From Trichoplax adhaerens (Eukaryota; Animalia; Placozoa): DNA of 64,000 nt. The translations under genes and the position numbers were made by a program. This document shows positions 14,545 through 26,477 of the stretch, in pieces. Below the pieces are notes generated by a model. It searched no databases and was not told the origin of the DNA. It was given only the letters and a program-made list of their open reading frames with translations. Each line of letters opens with the position of its first letter. Within the stretch, counting starts at the first letter, position 1. The stretch is taken from contig NW_002060951.1 in NCBI RefSeq assembly GCF_000150275.1, positions 927,186 through 991,185 on the forward strand, given 5' to 3'.

Positions 14545-16573
14545 ATGTCATTTAGAACACTGGTATGCAACATAGCTTATCTCATCTGCAATATACAGTA
14601 GCTAATTATCTAAATATTACAATAATAGTAATCTTACAAAATTAACGATCAACACCATTTGCTTTTTGGGGGAAAATTCAATTTGCACTATAGTGAATTC
14701 TAGCATTATAGTATAATGTTGCTCATTGTTAATTGATAAATACGTATTGTAGCAACTTGGCTTGACTATAAATAACATAGCATTCAAGGCAAAATTGATG
14801 ACTATGTAAGCCCATTATAATTATGATTATTGTTCTTGTATTTCATACTCTAGAAATCTATATTATCTATCGCAAACAGAACGCTTCATACTACTGGTCC
14901 AAGAATATCACCATTAGTTCCGATAGTTATCGAGAAAACTGTGAGTCATATTTTACTTAAGTTTCAGCAGAAAAGATAATTGGGATCAAAGTTAGACGAA
15001 AATTCTATATATTTATGTTGCAATCAAGCTAGCCAAAACTAAATTTTATACGACTGACTTTAATTATCAGTTTTTATTTTTTCCTTAATTTTAGGGACGT
15101 GGTGAACAGGCATATGATATATATTCACGTTTGCTTAAAGATAGAATAGTATGCGTTATGGGACCGGTAGGTACCAATGTTCAATACTTGTTATCAGTCA
15201 ATCATATTCATTTGCAATTCGTGTTTAATCCTCCAATTCGAAAATAAGATTCATAGTAAAAACATGCAAAAAATTGTAAAGATATTGACCAGTACAGCTT
15301 ATACCTAAGCAATCCATTCTGCGAAACCTTGTGAAATCACGAGCACAATTCTGAATATTTTAGTGCACAGGCATTTTTCAACTTAGTTCCTCATTGCACA
15401 TCTTAAAACTCGATTATATACATATATGCATTATTCGAGAGCGTAAAAGTCCCCCTTACTAAGATTTAACTGAAATTGATGCAAATTTCATTGTTGTAGG
15501 TCACTGACGATCTTGCTAGCCTGGTTGTCGCTCAGCTATTGTTTTTACAAGCTGAAAGTAGCAAGCTACCTATACATATGTATATCAATAGTCCAGGTAA
15601 ATCATTAATTATCCTTCAAATTTGTACTTTCAACTATTTACTATCCATATTGGTTAAACACTTTGATGTAAGGTATCTTGTGTATTATAATGATTAAATC
15701 TTAACCTGCTAAATATAACTATTTGATCCTGCAACACTGTTAAATCATTCGATCAACCGATCTAATTAATAGATGCATTATTTGCTCTTTTACATTTCTG
15801 ATAAGGTGGATCAGTTACTTCCGGATTAGGAATATATGATACTATGCAGGTACCCTAAGTGATTTTAAGTATAGTTATATATATATATATATTATAGGAT
15901 AATGTAATCTAGTTATGATATTATACTATATCTGATATGGTAAGTTTTTATTAAATATTCATGCATCTGCATGGTGTATCTGTTCCAGTATGTCGAGCCA
16001 CCAATCTATACTTGGTGCGTTGGCCAAGCAGCTAGTATGGGTTCATTATTACTTGCTGCTGGAGATAACGGAAAGAGACATTCACTACCAAATTCAAGAA
16101 TCATGATTCACCAACCATCAGGACAAGCCTTTGTAAGTAACTTCTCCTCATGAAATAACAAATTTGCAACCTTCAATATAAATAATGCCATCTTAATGAA
16201 ATATAGCAATTAAGAACCAATGATTTATGCATGATGTTATAATCTCATAATAGATCCGAAAATTTAATTCTCTTATGTAGGGGCAAGCTACGGATATAGC
16301 TATTCAAGCTGAAGAAATAATTAAATTAAAGAAACTTATTAACGATCTTTACAAAAAACATACTGGACAATCTATAGAAAATATCGGTAAAATTAACATT
16401 TTTCTATAAGTTTTTGCCATAAAGTTTCCTTGTATGGTAATAATTTTATTACAATTGCAGAGGAAGCAATGGAACGAGATAAATACATGTTCCCAAATGA
16501 AGCTGCTGCCTTTGGTCTAATCGATAAGGTCCTATCTCGACCTCAGGCAATCAAAGAAATGACAGAAAGTTAA
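14545..16573 (+). CDS. CLPP: ATP-dependent Clp protease proteolytic subunit, mitochondrial (multi-exon)
   Basis: MSFRTL|[29 protein letters not shown]|[24 protein letters not shown]|...[20 protein letters not shown]|[14 protein letters not shown]|[25 protein letters not shown]...RIMIHQPSG|...|[10 protein letters not shown]...*. Catalytic Ser (AASMG), His (IHQP) and Asp (ERD) are present, with an N-terminal mitochondrial-type presequence. Confidence 0.95.
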
Positions 16574-17207
16574 AATGGATACAAGCAGTAATTTATAATA
16601 ATCCATTAAAATCTGATTCAGTTAGTGTACAGAGTGGCAACCTGAAACGCCTTTAATAATATTGTCATTTTAACCAATTTCGAATGAGAAATAATGCCGA
16701 AAATTCAATAAATAAAATAAATTGACATCTTCTTAATTGACGAAATACAAGTGCTACAGTAACTTAAATTGAATGAACATTTTTTATTTGTCTCTATGCG
16801 TTTTACAGACTTATTGAGGAGTCTCTAAACATACAAATCGTACATACACAAAATACCCATACAGTGGCAATATACTTGAATTAATTATACGTTGGTTATG
16901 GATTGCATGAATACTCTCATTAAACCAAACTACGTGTATTTTGATTTATCACGGAATGCATACTGTACTGTACATAAGAAAATAATTTTAAGCAAAACAA
17001 GACTCCAAGTACCAAGATTTACCTCCGAGGGAATAAAATTGTTGATCTCGTAATCACGATCATTACTTAATTTTAACGTGATTAAAACATTTCATAAACA
17101 CTTCTCAACATATTTCAATTTGCATCTAATTACCACCATAGCTTAAATACCAATTCCAAGAGAGAACTATGGTAGAAAATTAACGTACACGTATGTTACT
17201 TGTATCA

Positions 17208-20200
17208 TCAAAACTTTTCTTTCTATAGGCCGTAGTTCCGACAGCTGACTTACATTAGCTTATACAGCCATAATTACGAGTAAATGCCTTACCGATGGAA
17301 CCTCTAATGTCTCGTCCAATCCGTAAATATTAGCATTTACTTTGACGTTCTTATCTAGACCGAATTAATATTTACCGGTAGGTATATATACACTTATTCA
17401 TGAGCATGACTGCAAGCCATTAGTATTAACACATGAAAACTTTCTATACCTGTTTTTATACGAGCACCTTTTAATTCTTTCTTACGAAAAAGCCTGGTAT
17501 CGTTTATGTCTCTCTGTTATGCATAAAATTTCAACAAAAGAAATAAACTAAAGCTATTACCCTTACTTTCGAAAAGATTTTTAATACTTTTATTTGATTA
17601 CGTATTATCACAAATATACTAAAATATTCCTTCTCAATTGCATACCACTTTGTCAGTAAATTGAAGCCAAAGACTTTCATCACTATGTGCAGGTTCAACA
17701 TTCTCATTATAGGATGAACTCGATGAATAATGTGACATATCGTCAAGTCTCAATTTTTTTTGCGGATTTATTTCGATTCTTTCAACACTTAATCTATTGA
17801 GCCTAAAAAATGTCTAAACGGAAATCGGTGAAAATACCTTGACAACTGCTATCATGACAAGTGTACTAATGACTTTGTTACAGCTATATAGTGTTATACC
17901 GAGAGGCATTTTATAGGAATTGTTGGAAGCCTTGCTTTCAGTGTTTCAATATCTGCTGTAATTGCATCCTTTAATTGTAACTTAGAGAGGATGTAATCTG
18001 AGCTATTCAAAGAAAGTGAATTGCATTAATCAATGAACTAACATCGGTTTAGATGCTGTTTTAAGATAGAAAAGAAATAATGCTACCAGAAGAACAGACC
18101 AGAATACGTTAAAACATTGATAACATCCAAGAACTTCCATTCTCTGGAAAAAAATTAAGGATAAGTAAATTATCATCAAATAAGGATGTCTTATCTTTAC
18201 CATATGAGTAATCTATAGATTAAACAAACATAACTAGTGATGAGTATGCAGACCTTACTTGAACATAGTAAGAAATGATGTTCAGATAATTGCTCACCGT
18301 TTTGAATCTCTGCATTTTATAGTCTATATGATAGCTAAGCAAATTTTTGGATATCTCCGCACGAGATTTGCAGTATGTTTTGGCCAGGTGCTTAATCGTA
18401 GCACTAAGATCATCATTATCAAAAGCGTACAAAACTGATAGTTCCAAGTCGCAGGTGTTGTGTAACACCTTAGCTAATAAAAATACATCAGCTAAAGCAA
18501 ACCGATCTGACCTATGATTTAATATTTAAGAAATAATCTGCATTCATCAGTATTGAATGCCTAGTTACAGTTATATCATCTAATAAACAGTAATGGAGTA
18601 TTGATGTATTATGCAAAAATATAACACACTAACAATTTTTACCTCACTAAATCATCACATGTCATCTGTTTTCTGGAACAGGGTTCGACTAATATAATTG
18701 CAAAACAGCGTAGAAATCTTGCATGAATGTTTGCGATAAAGGACTGCAGATATTCAGAGAAATTTTGATTTTTCACTTCCTCCATGCTAAATAACTTGAT
18801 GCAAATACTTTCATTAAGCACAAGGTCAGGATTGCAGTCATAGGAGTTCATTACCTGAAATTATACGGATGTATCATAAAAACTGCCTGTTAAAAAAACA
18901 CGAAATGTATGACAGTGTTATAGTTTCATACCAAATGGCTACATTGAGGAGAATCGATCACATTTGGGATGATATCTAATTGGTGTCTATTTAATAGGGG
19001 GAAAATATCTTATAGTGAGCACAGTAAAATGTAGTTTTACAGGAATTGCAACAGCAAGCAGAATCAGTTCTATATTCAAAAACACTTTGCCTAATAAACC
19101 ACTACAAAATAACTGCCTGCGGTACATGGTTGTCATATCGCTTTTTAATATTAAAACTTTATAAGACTAGTAATGTCCTGCTATTGTGTCACATATAGCT
19201 GTAGAAACATGTATATTAGTGTTATTAATTTTATATCTCCGAAATTTATTTCTGAATTACTTTGATTCCAGCAAATTAATCAAGTCGTAATTGGCTCGAA
19301 CTCGTTCAGAAGCAAAGATTATGCAACCTATGGTAGATGAAGTAAAAATCTTCAGCAGAATACTAACAAAAGTCAATACGGGTATACCATACCTCTTTCA
19401 TCTATTTCGGTAACTTCAGTATCTCCTAGATTTAAAGGGTTTACGCTGCTGATTTCATCCTCATCCTGTGATGGGATATCAAAATCTGGAGCGTTTTCGC
19501 ACGAAACTATCGATGATATTGTTAGTAAAGCAAGAATCATCATACTTGCAAACACATGTACGCGTATGTTAAAATTATTCTAAATAGCATGCATACCTAC
19601 CGCTTGAGTTCGTTATTAATGTCAATGTCATGCAGATATCAACCACTTAGATTTAAATAATACAAAACGCGATGTATTGCAAATCGTTTCGCTTGCATGC
19701 AAAATGGGTATCGCATATGCCCACTACGAACTAGAAATCCTAATGCGATATGCAGTGCGAGAAAGACAGTATTTTTCTGGATAGGTCTTGTGTTACAGTT
19801 AATTGTATTACTGCTCTGCATACGTTCCGGTATTCAAGTTAACTAGGTACCAAAGTTGTACGTACCTGCAGTCCCACCATGCATGCTAACCAAATTTTCA
19901 ACATTATCAACTTTTTCTGCTCTTATCATGAAGAATCTTTCAACATTATCATGATACTTTCGTATTTGATTGCGATCTGTATAAACCCCTAAGTTAATTA
20001 GTAAAACTAGATCAATTAGAGCCGTATATCTATTAAGATTTCGTAAATTATGGATTGGATGCGAAGATTAAGTGAAATACATCACAAATGATCGACGATG
20101 ATAACGTATACAATCCTACAGTCACTAGGTAATCTTTATCCCCATAAGCAGAAAATAAAGATGTTTTAAATTCACTATTTGATCTGATCTCAATCGTAAT

Positions 20201-23200
20201 CTTGCGCGTGCTATACCTTGCTGATTGGAAATATCATCACTCTTTGCGCTATCATCATTAGACCATACTGAGCAAAATCAATTTAAGACACATTCACAAA
20301 ACCGCATTGAATTATGTTAACGCTAGTTAAAATAAAATTATATGTAATCAGAGTATACATTGATAATCCTGATAGATGTTTTCCTTGTCAAATTTTTCCG
20401 TCATCGGCTCACCACAATCAATATCCAAAAGTACCTCATCAATTAATCTACCAAAGGGTAGCATAGAACTATATTTTTGAATGACATCGTTCATACTTTG
20501 CAAAGGATCTGAAGAAGTATAGTCGTTCGGTAACGAATACGGAGTAAAATTTAAAAATATAGCTTCATTATGGAGTTTCTTTATATACTTTTCATAGTCA
20601 AATTGCGGGATAGCTGGCTCTAAAATAATATGAATCAACAATGATAAAACATTTAGAAAATTATATATAATATCCAAACATTGATATTAGGTTAGCAATG
20701 TTTTAATTTTTTCTTGATAGTATACAAAATTACTGTACTGCGCGGTACTAAACTAAATTTTAAATATTGCCATTATGGATCCTCCAGGTACAGTAAATCA
20801 AGAGGTCCGTGATCTCATGTGCTCCCTATTACCTTCGAATGTAGCTTCCTTTATATCGGTCATTAACATATTTCTACTAATTAACTTTTCTTCATCAACC
20901 AATCCAACGGCATCTAAAATATCTTGCTCAAGCCTATTTATTCAACGACAACCACGAAAATCGTCATGTATCCGTTTTATAAAAAGAGTAAAAACTGTAA
21001 GCTCATTATCACAACTGATATCTTACTCGTCAACAGGATATTGCGTAAGAGTAGGCTGTAAGTTTGCTTTAAGATCAGGGGAACAGGTTTGATTTTGACT
21101 CTGCGTCAGTAGACCTAATAAATCTTCGGAGTGATACCCTAAACAAATGTTAGAGATTAAATTATATGGAAAAGTAATCAAAGTTATTGTAGTACCATTA
21201 ATCCGCTTAAAATATAGAATTTATCCTTCAACAGAAATATTATATGATATGCAATATCCTTGTACCTCCCATGCTACTTTTATCAGTTAAGTATAACTCC
21301 GAAAAATCTCGCTCTGATTCAGAAACTATTTGGACCACTTTATCCCCTTCATTCTCGTTTTGAAGTCTTTTTGAATCTGGAGTGTTTCCTCTAACTAAAT
21401 CTTCATCACAGTACATACTCTTTGAGCTAGACGATAGTATTTGTTCATCAGTTTCTGCAATCTATATTCGGTACAAATCGATAAATGCCTCAGAAGCTAA
21501 AAGTTAATCCTGATTCATTAACTATTTCGAATTATTTAACCTCAGTGATAAAATTTTTCGCCGCTAACTACTGTACAACAGCTTAGGTACGTAGGTCTAC
21601 AAATATCAAACATCCGCTTGTAAGCTTTAACAATATCATTGTGAAGGCAATTTTAACTTTTTTTTTTTACCACAGTACTGACAGGTGAATTTCAAATGGG
21701 ATAATTGCGAAAGGATAAAGATAACCACAGTATTAATACGTGTTGTAAATTAGGAGTAGAAACTTAAAAAATATGGTGATTTTATTTTCTATGGCTATGA
21801 TTAAGCAAACTAACAGTTTGAAGAATTGTACCACTTTTAAATGTCAACCTAGACTTCGCATGACCCGAGAAAGTAAAAGTCCAAGCGAGCATTTGATTTG
21901 TTAACATTTCCACTAAATGAGATCAAAACCTAAATACTGCAATGAGATTACTAGAAAAATATTTTCTTATGTAGGATAATAAGTTGAAAGCTGTTTACAA
22001 CAATACTATTATCAATGAGTGATAGAAATGAAAGACGGTCTGTTCCTTACTTCTGATGACTTAGAATACGCGCATTCCAACTTATTGAATAGCACAGCGT
22101 AATAAAATAAATACCTTGGCAACTTCCAATGAAAAGGTAATGTATAAACCCAATTTTTAGTTATAAAAATAACTCAAGAGAAATTGTACTACTACTTTGT
22201 ATGAAAACATTTTTATGAGCGGAATAATCTATTATAAGTAATCGTACAAGGGTTCAAGCAGATCAAATCTTCTTATTCAATGTGGTCCCTTTAATACCCG
22301 GAAATGAAGAGCTTTGAAGAAATTCAATATATGATAGTTGTATACGAACCAAAATTTCTGGAAACCTTTGCGAGCTTTTATCGAAGAGTTGCTTCATATA
22401 AATTTTAGTGAATTCTTCTTTTTCACGAGATATATCGACCTCTTCGCAATTGTAAGAGGAAATTTGGCTAAGCAATCAATATGCGTAAAAAGACAGCGTT
22501 AATGTATAAAAAAGAATGATGACAATTACGATTAGTTTTGAACTGGCATACAATCTATACTACAGGTAAAAATAATTCACTTATTCTATATCAGCTTCTA
22601 GCTTCATGTAGCAAGGAATTATGCTAATCATGCACCTTAATGTATAATTTATAAAACGAATGATGACAAATGCGACTAATTTGAACTATTATGCAATCTA
22701 TATTACAGATGATGATAGTTAAAATGAATGCCGACAACTACAACTAAATTCTGAAGTACCATGCAATCAGAATTGTAGACAGTAATGATTCAAAATGAAA
22801 CAATGATAACTATGACTAATTCTACACTTCTGTGCTTAGTAACTGATGCGTATGAAACTAAATTGTGAGCAGTAAAAATCCCACTAATAAAAATTTCTGG
22901 TTAATACAATTTTCTTTTAAGCAATCTTCCATTAAAATTAGCAAGATTAATTGTAAAGATACGCTCATAGTTTTATTGAAGCCTATACTGACGCTTCACT
23001 AAACATGGTATCAATGAAATACTGCTAGATGTGAAAGAAAAGAACAGACAGCCAAAAATTACCTAAAAGAAAACTCTTGATTGTTTTGCTCATGAACTTC
23101 ATCATTGATTTCTGGAGTTGATACTGTCAAATTGCATGGTAATTCTTTATTGAAAGTAGAATTATCAAATTGTAGTTCTTTCATTAGTTTCATACATTGG

Positions 23201-23310
23201 TGATCAAGCTGGAATGGAGTTTGCTGATCATCAAAGTATATTTTTTCATCCTTGACCAAGGATGGTTTAACCCTTAAGTCCATCCGCCAATTTCTATGAT
23301 TTCTAGTACA
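17208..23310 (-). CDS. SHOC1: SHOC1/C9orf84/Zip2-like meiotic crossover protein with C-terminal XPF-like and HhH-like region (multi-exon; both ends uncertain)
   Basis: Spliced C-terminal part: ...FFMIRA...|GCIIFASERVRANYDLINLLESK|HQLDIIPNV...|NPDLVLNESICIKLFSMEEV...IANIHARFLRCFAII...|LELSVLYAFDNDDLSATIKHLA...|EVLGCYQCFNVF..DYILSKLQLKDAITADIETLKARLPTIPIKCLS|TFFRLNRL. This resembles my recollection of vertebrate SHOC1 (VFFASEGLL..LLES.YNI.LVER; VTIDEHTAII; FPCINPLVAQLML..LQELLPEVPEKVLKHF). Upstream acidic exons lie at about 20.2-21.5, 22.3 and 23.1 kb. The start codon was not located. Confidence 0.68.
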
Positions 23311-23653
23311 AACTGTAACTAAATTTAATGCTGGTATTGGTTATTTTCACGTAGGGAACTGATTTTATGTCCACTTTTAGTGATTTTCAGAGTTATCGAC
23401 AACAATATACGTCTACTGGAGGTGTTAATTAAGAAATCCTTAAGCTAAGACTACGAGCTTATTTCACAGTGAATTTGATTTAGCTTTGAAATGAAAAGAT
23501 AAAAGGTATGGTCACCCCTACGCGACATACCTCTTAAAGAGCCAACGTAGTATATTTACCGAGAATAAGATCTAAGAGTGCCTCTACTTATTGCATCCTA
23601 CTAATCTATAAATTAAAAATCGAAATCACCAATAGCTTTGTCCGTGAAATTTT

Positions 23654-25330
23654 ACCATCCATTTGGAGATTATTAATCGTCTAATCTCTTAACATTCCAT
23701 AACATTTCTTTCATTCATAGACATATTGGAATTTAAATACGTCCACGTTACACATTCGACATGACGTGAACCAAAGGGTTGACATCCTTGCTATGCGATG
23801 TTGGTTTGTGAAGAATAGTAAACTCAAGGTCTTTCACTTCATCTCCTACCATCATTTTAGACATTATTAATCGTCTAATTTCTCGATTTTCAATGAAATT
23901 TTTGCTATTCAAGGGGTATATTGGAATTTCAGTGAATTTGCTACACATCAAATAACGTCTATTATAGGGTTGATATTCTTGCTGCAAGATGTTCGTGCGT
24001 AAAGAATAGTAAGCTCAAGGTCTTTTAATTCGTCTCCTACTATCATTTTTGACATTATTAATCGTCTAATTTCTCGATTTTCAGTGAATCCGCTACACAT
24101 CGATATAATGCCAATCATAAGGTTGATATTCTTACTGTAAGATGTTCATATGTAAAGAATAGTAAACTCAAGGTCTTTCGCTTTATCTCCTACTATCATT
24201 TTAGACATTATTAATCGTCTAATTTCTCGATTTTCAATGAAATTTCTGCTATTCATGGATATGTTGGAATTTCAGTGAATCAGCTACACATCGATATAAC
24301 GTCAATCATAGGGTTGATATTCTTACTGCAAGATGTTCGTGTGTAAAGAATAATAAGCTCAAGGTCTTTTAATTCGTCTCCTACTATCATTTTAGACATT
24401 ACTGATCGTCTAATTTCTTGATTTTTAATGAAATTTCTGCTATTCATAGATATGTTGAAATTTCATTGAATCAGCTACACATCGATATAACGCCAATCAT
24501 AGGGTTTATATTCTTACTGCAAGATGTTCGTATGTAAAGAATATTAATCTCAAGGTCTTTCACTTCATCTCCTACCTTTTTTTAGACATTATTAATCATC
24601 TAGTTTCTTGATTTCAATGAAATTTCTGCTATTCATAGATATGTTGGAATTTCAGTGAATTTGCTACATATCGAATAACGTCTATCATAGGGTTGATATT
24701 CTTGCTGCAAGATGTTCGTATGTAAAGAATAGTAAGCTCAAGGTCTTTCGCTTTATCTCCTACTATCATTTTAGATATTATTAATCATCTAATTTCTTGA
24801 TTTTCAATGAAATTTCTGCTATTCATAGATATGTTGGAATTTCAGTGAATCAGCTACACATCGATATAACGTCTATCATAGGGTTGATATTCTTGCTGCA
24901 AGATGTTCGTATGTAAAGAATAGTAAACTCAAGGTCCTTTAATTTGTCTCCTACTATCATTTTAGACATTATTAATCATCTAATTTCTCGATCTTCAATG
25001 AAATTTCTGCTATTCATGGATATATTGGAATTTCAGTGAATCAGCTACACATCGATATAACGTCTATCATAGGGTTGATATTCTTGCTGCAAGATGTTCG
25101 TATCCAACGAATATTAAGCTCAAGGTCCTTTAATTTGTCTCCCACTATCATTTTAGACATTATTAAATCATCTAATTTCTCGATCTTCAAGGGCATTTTT
25201 GCTATTCATGAATAGATTGGAATTTCAATGCGACCATGCTACTCGTCGATATGGCGTGAGGCAAAGGGTTGACATTCTTGTTATGTGATGCTAATTTGTA
25301 CAGACTCAAAGTGCTTCACTTTTATCTCCT
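23654..25330. repeat. Tandem array of about 9 copies of a ~191-bp unit (satellite/minisatellite-like)
   Basis: Anchor CTCAAGGTC(T/C)TT (degenerate in the last copy) recurs near 23825, 24016, 24169, 24360, 24551, 24739, 24930, 25121 and 25307 (spacings 191, 153, 191, 191, 188, 191, 191, 186). Terminal copies are more degenerate. Confidence 0.95.
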
Positions 25331-26477
25331 AAACTTAAACTACCAAGCACTGGCATACCGTATATGGATTTCATTGGCAATGAAGCCAGTTCTAGCCAAT
25401 CAGTGAAAGGCATTCAGCACCTGTCGCATTGCATTAATATGCATCATGAAGTAGGTTCCACGACTTTCGGTCGCCTCTCTTCAACAGCAAACAGCATACT
25501 TGTACTATTATGTAGAGGTAATAGATTGAAATAATATCCCAGTTCATTTCAATATATACATTCTACAGCAGTTACTAGATAGGAAATCACTCCCTGGGCA
25601 ATTAATAGGTAGTAAATTCCCAACAATTAAATATTTTAATGCTTTTATTGTAAACTTTGCAATTAGTCACTGGTCATCAAATCACTTGTTGTTTTTCATA
25701 ATCATTCTGTTAGGCATGTTCAGGCTATTTTCGCATAGTTAACGAATAAAGTTGATGCTTTATTGCTATCGTCTTGCAGCTCTACGTATTAAAATGATTG
25801 CAATTTCATCGACTGCGATAAACTATCAAGAATACATTAAAATCATGTTGCAACCGTATCCCTAAATGATTTATGTTAGTTGTCGAATTCTTCGCAATTT
25901 CATTATCTTTGACAACTATCTAGGATGCAATGTACAATAGACACATACCTTGGAATTTTGTTGACAGTGATAAGATGCCAACGGTGTAAAAAATGGCACA
26001 TGCAACTAATTAGAACATTTGTATTCATTACCCGTTTTTAGACTAATCATGCTAAATAAAAATACTCAAGTTAACAAGGAGTACAATCAATCACATGGAT
26101 AAAGCTACCAAGATCATTCACTTTTTATTAGACCAACACAGAAAATGCTCGAACAAAAATGCATATTAACTAAATTATAAAATCATACAGATGAAAGTGA
26201 CATTATCTTCATTTAATCTAAAATAATATCAAAAATGTAATTTTGATATTTGGTTACAGCATCACATAGAGGTAAGATGTATGAGTCAACCCATGACCCA
26301 CTAGAAGAAATCTTTTCTAGTGGTCTGTCGTCGACACAATACAAAACTCGATGTTCATTGATTATCAAATCATATTGATGGGATTATAAGTAAGTAATCA
26401 TCAAATTTGAATATATGCCTGATTAACCTATCAATCAGGTAACACTGTCAAATGTTTAGATAACATAGTAAAGTACT

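Noticed and set aside
19373-19555. ORF with an apparent signal peptide (MFASMMILALLTISSIVSC) suggesting a secreted peptide precursor
   Set aside because: The hydrophobic part is intron: it holds a TACTAAC branch site followed by ATAG at about 19509, and the downstream acidic part splices in frame into the SHOC1-like gene.
23654-25330. CRISPR-like array or repeat-protein gene (ORF 23748-23987)
   Set aside because: Units are contiguous ~191 bp with no unique spacers, there are no cas genes and the context is eukaryotic. Unit length breaks the frame and other copies contain stops.
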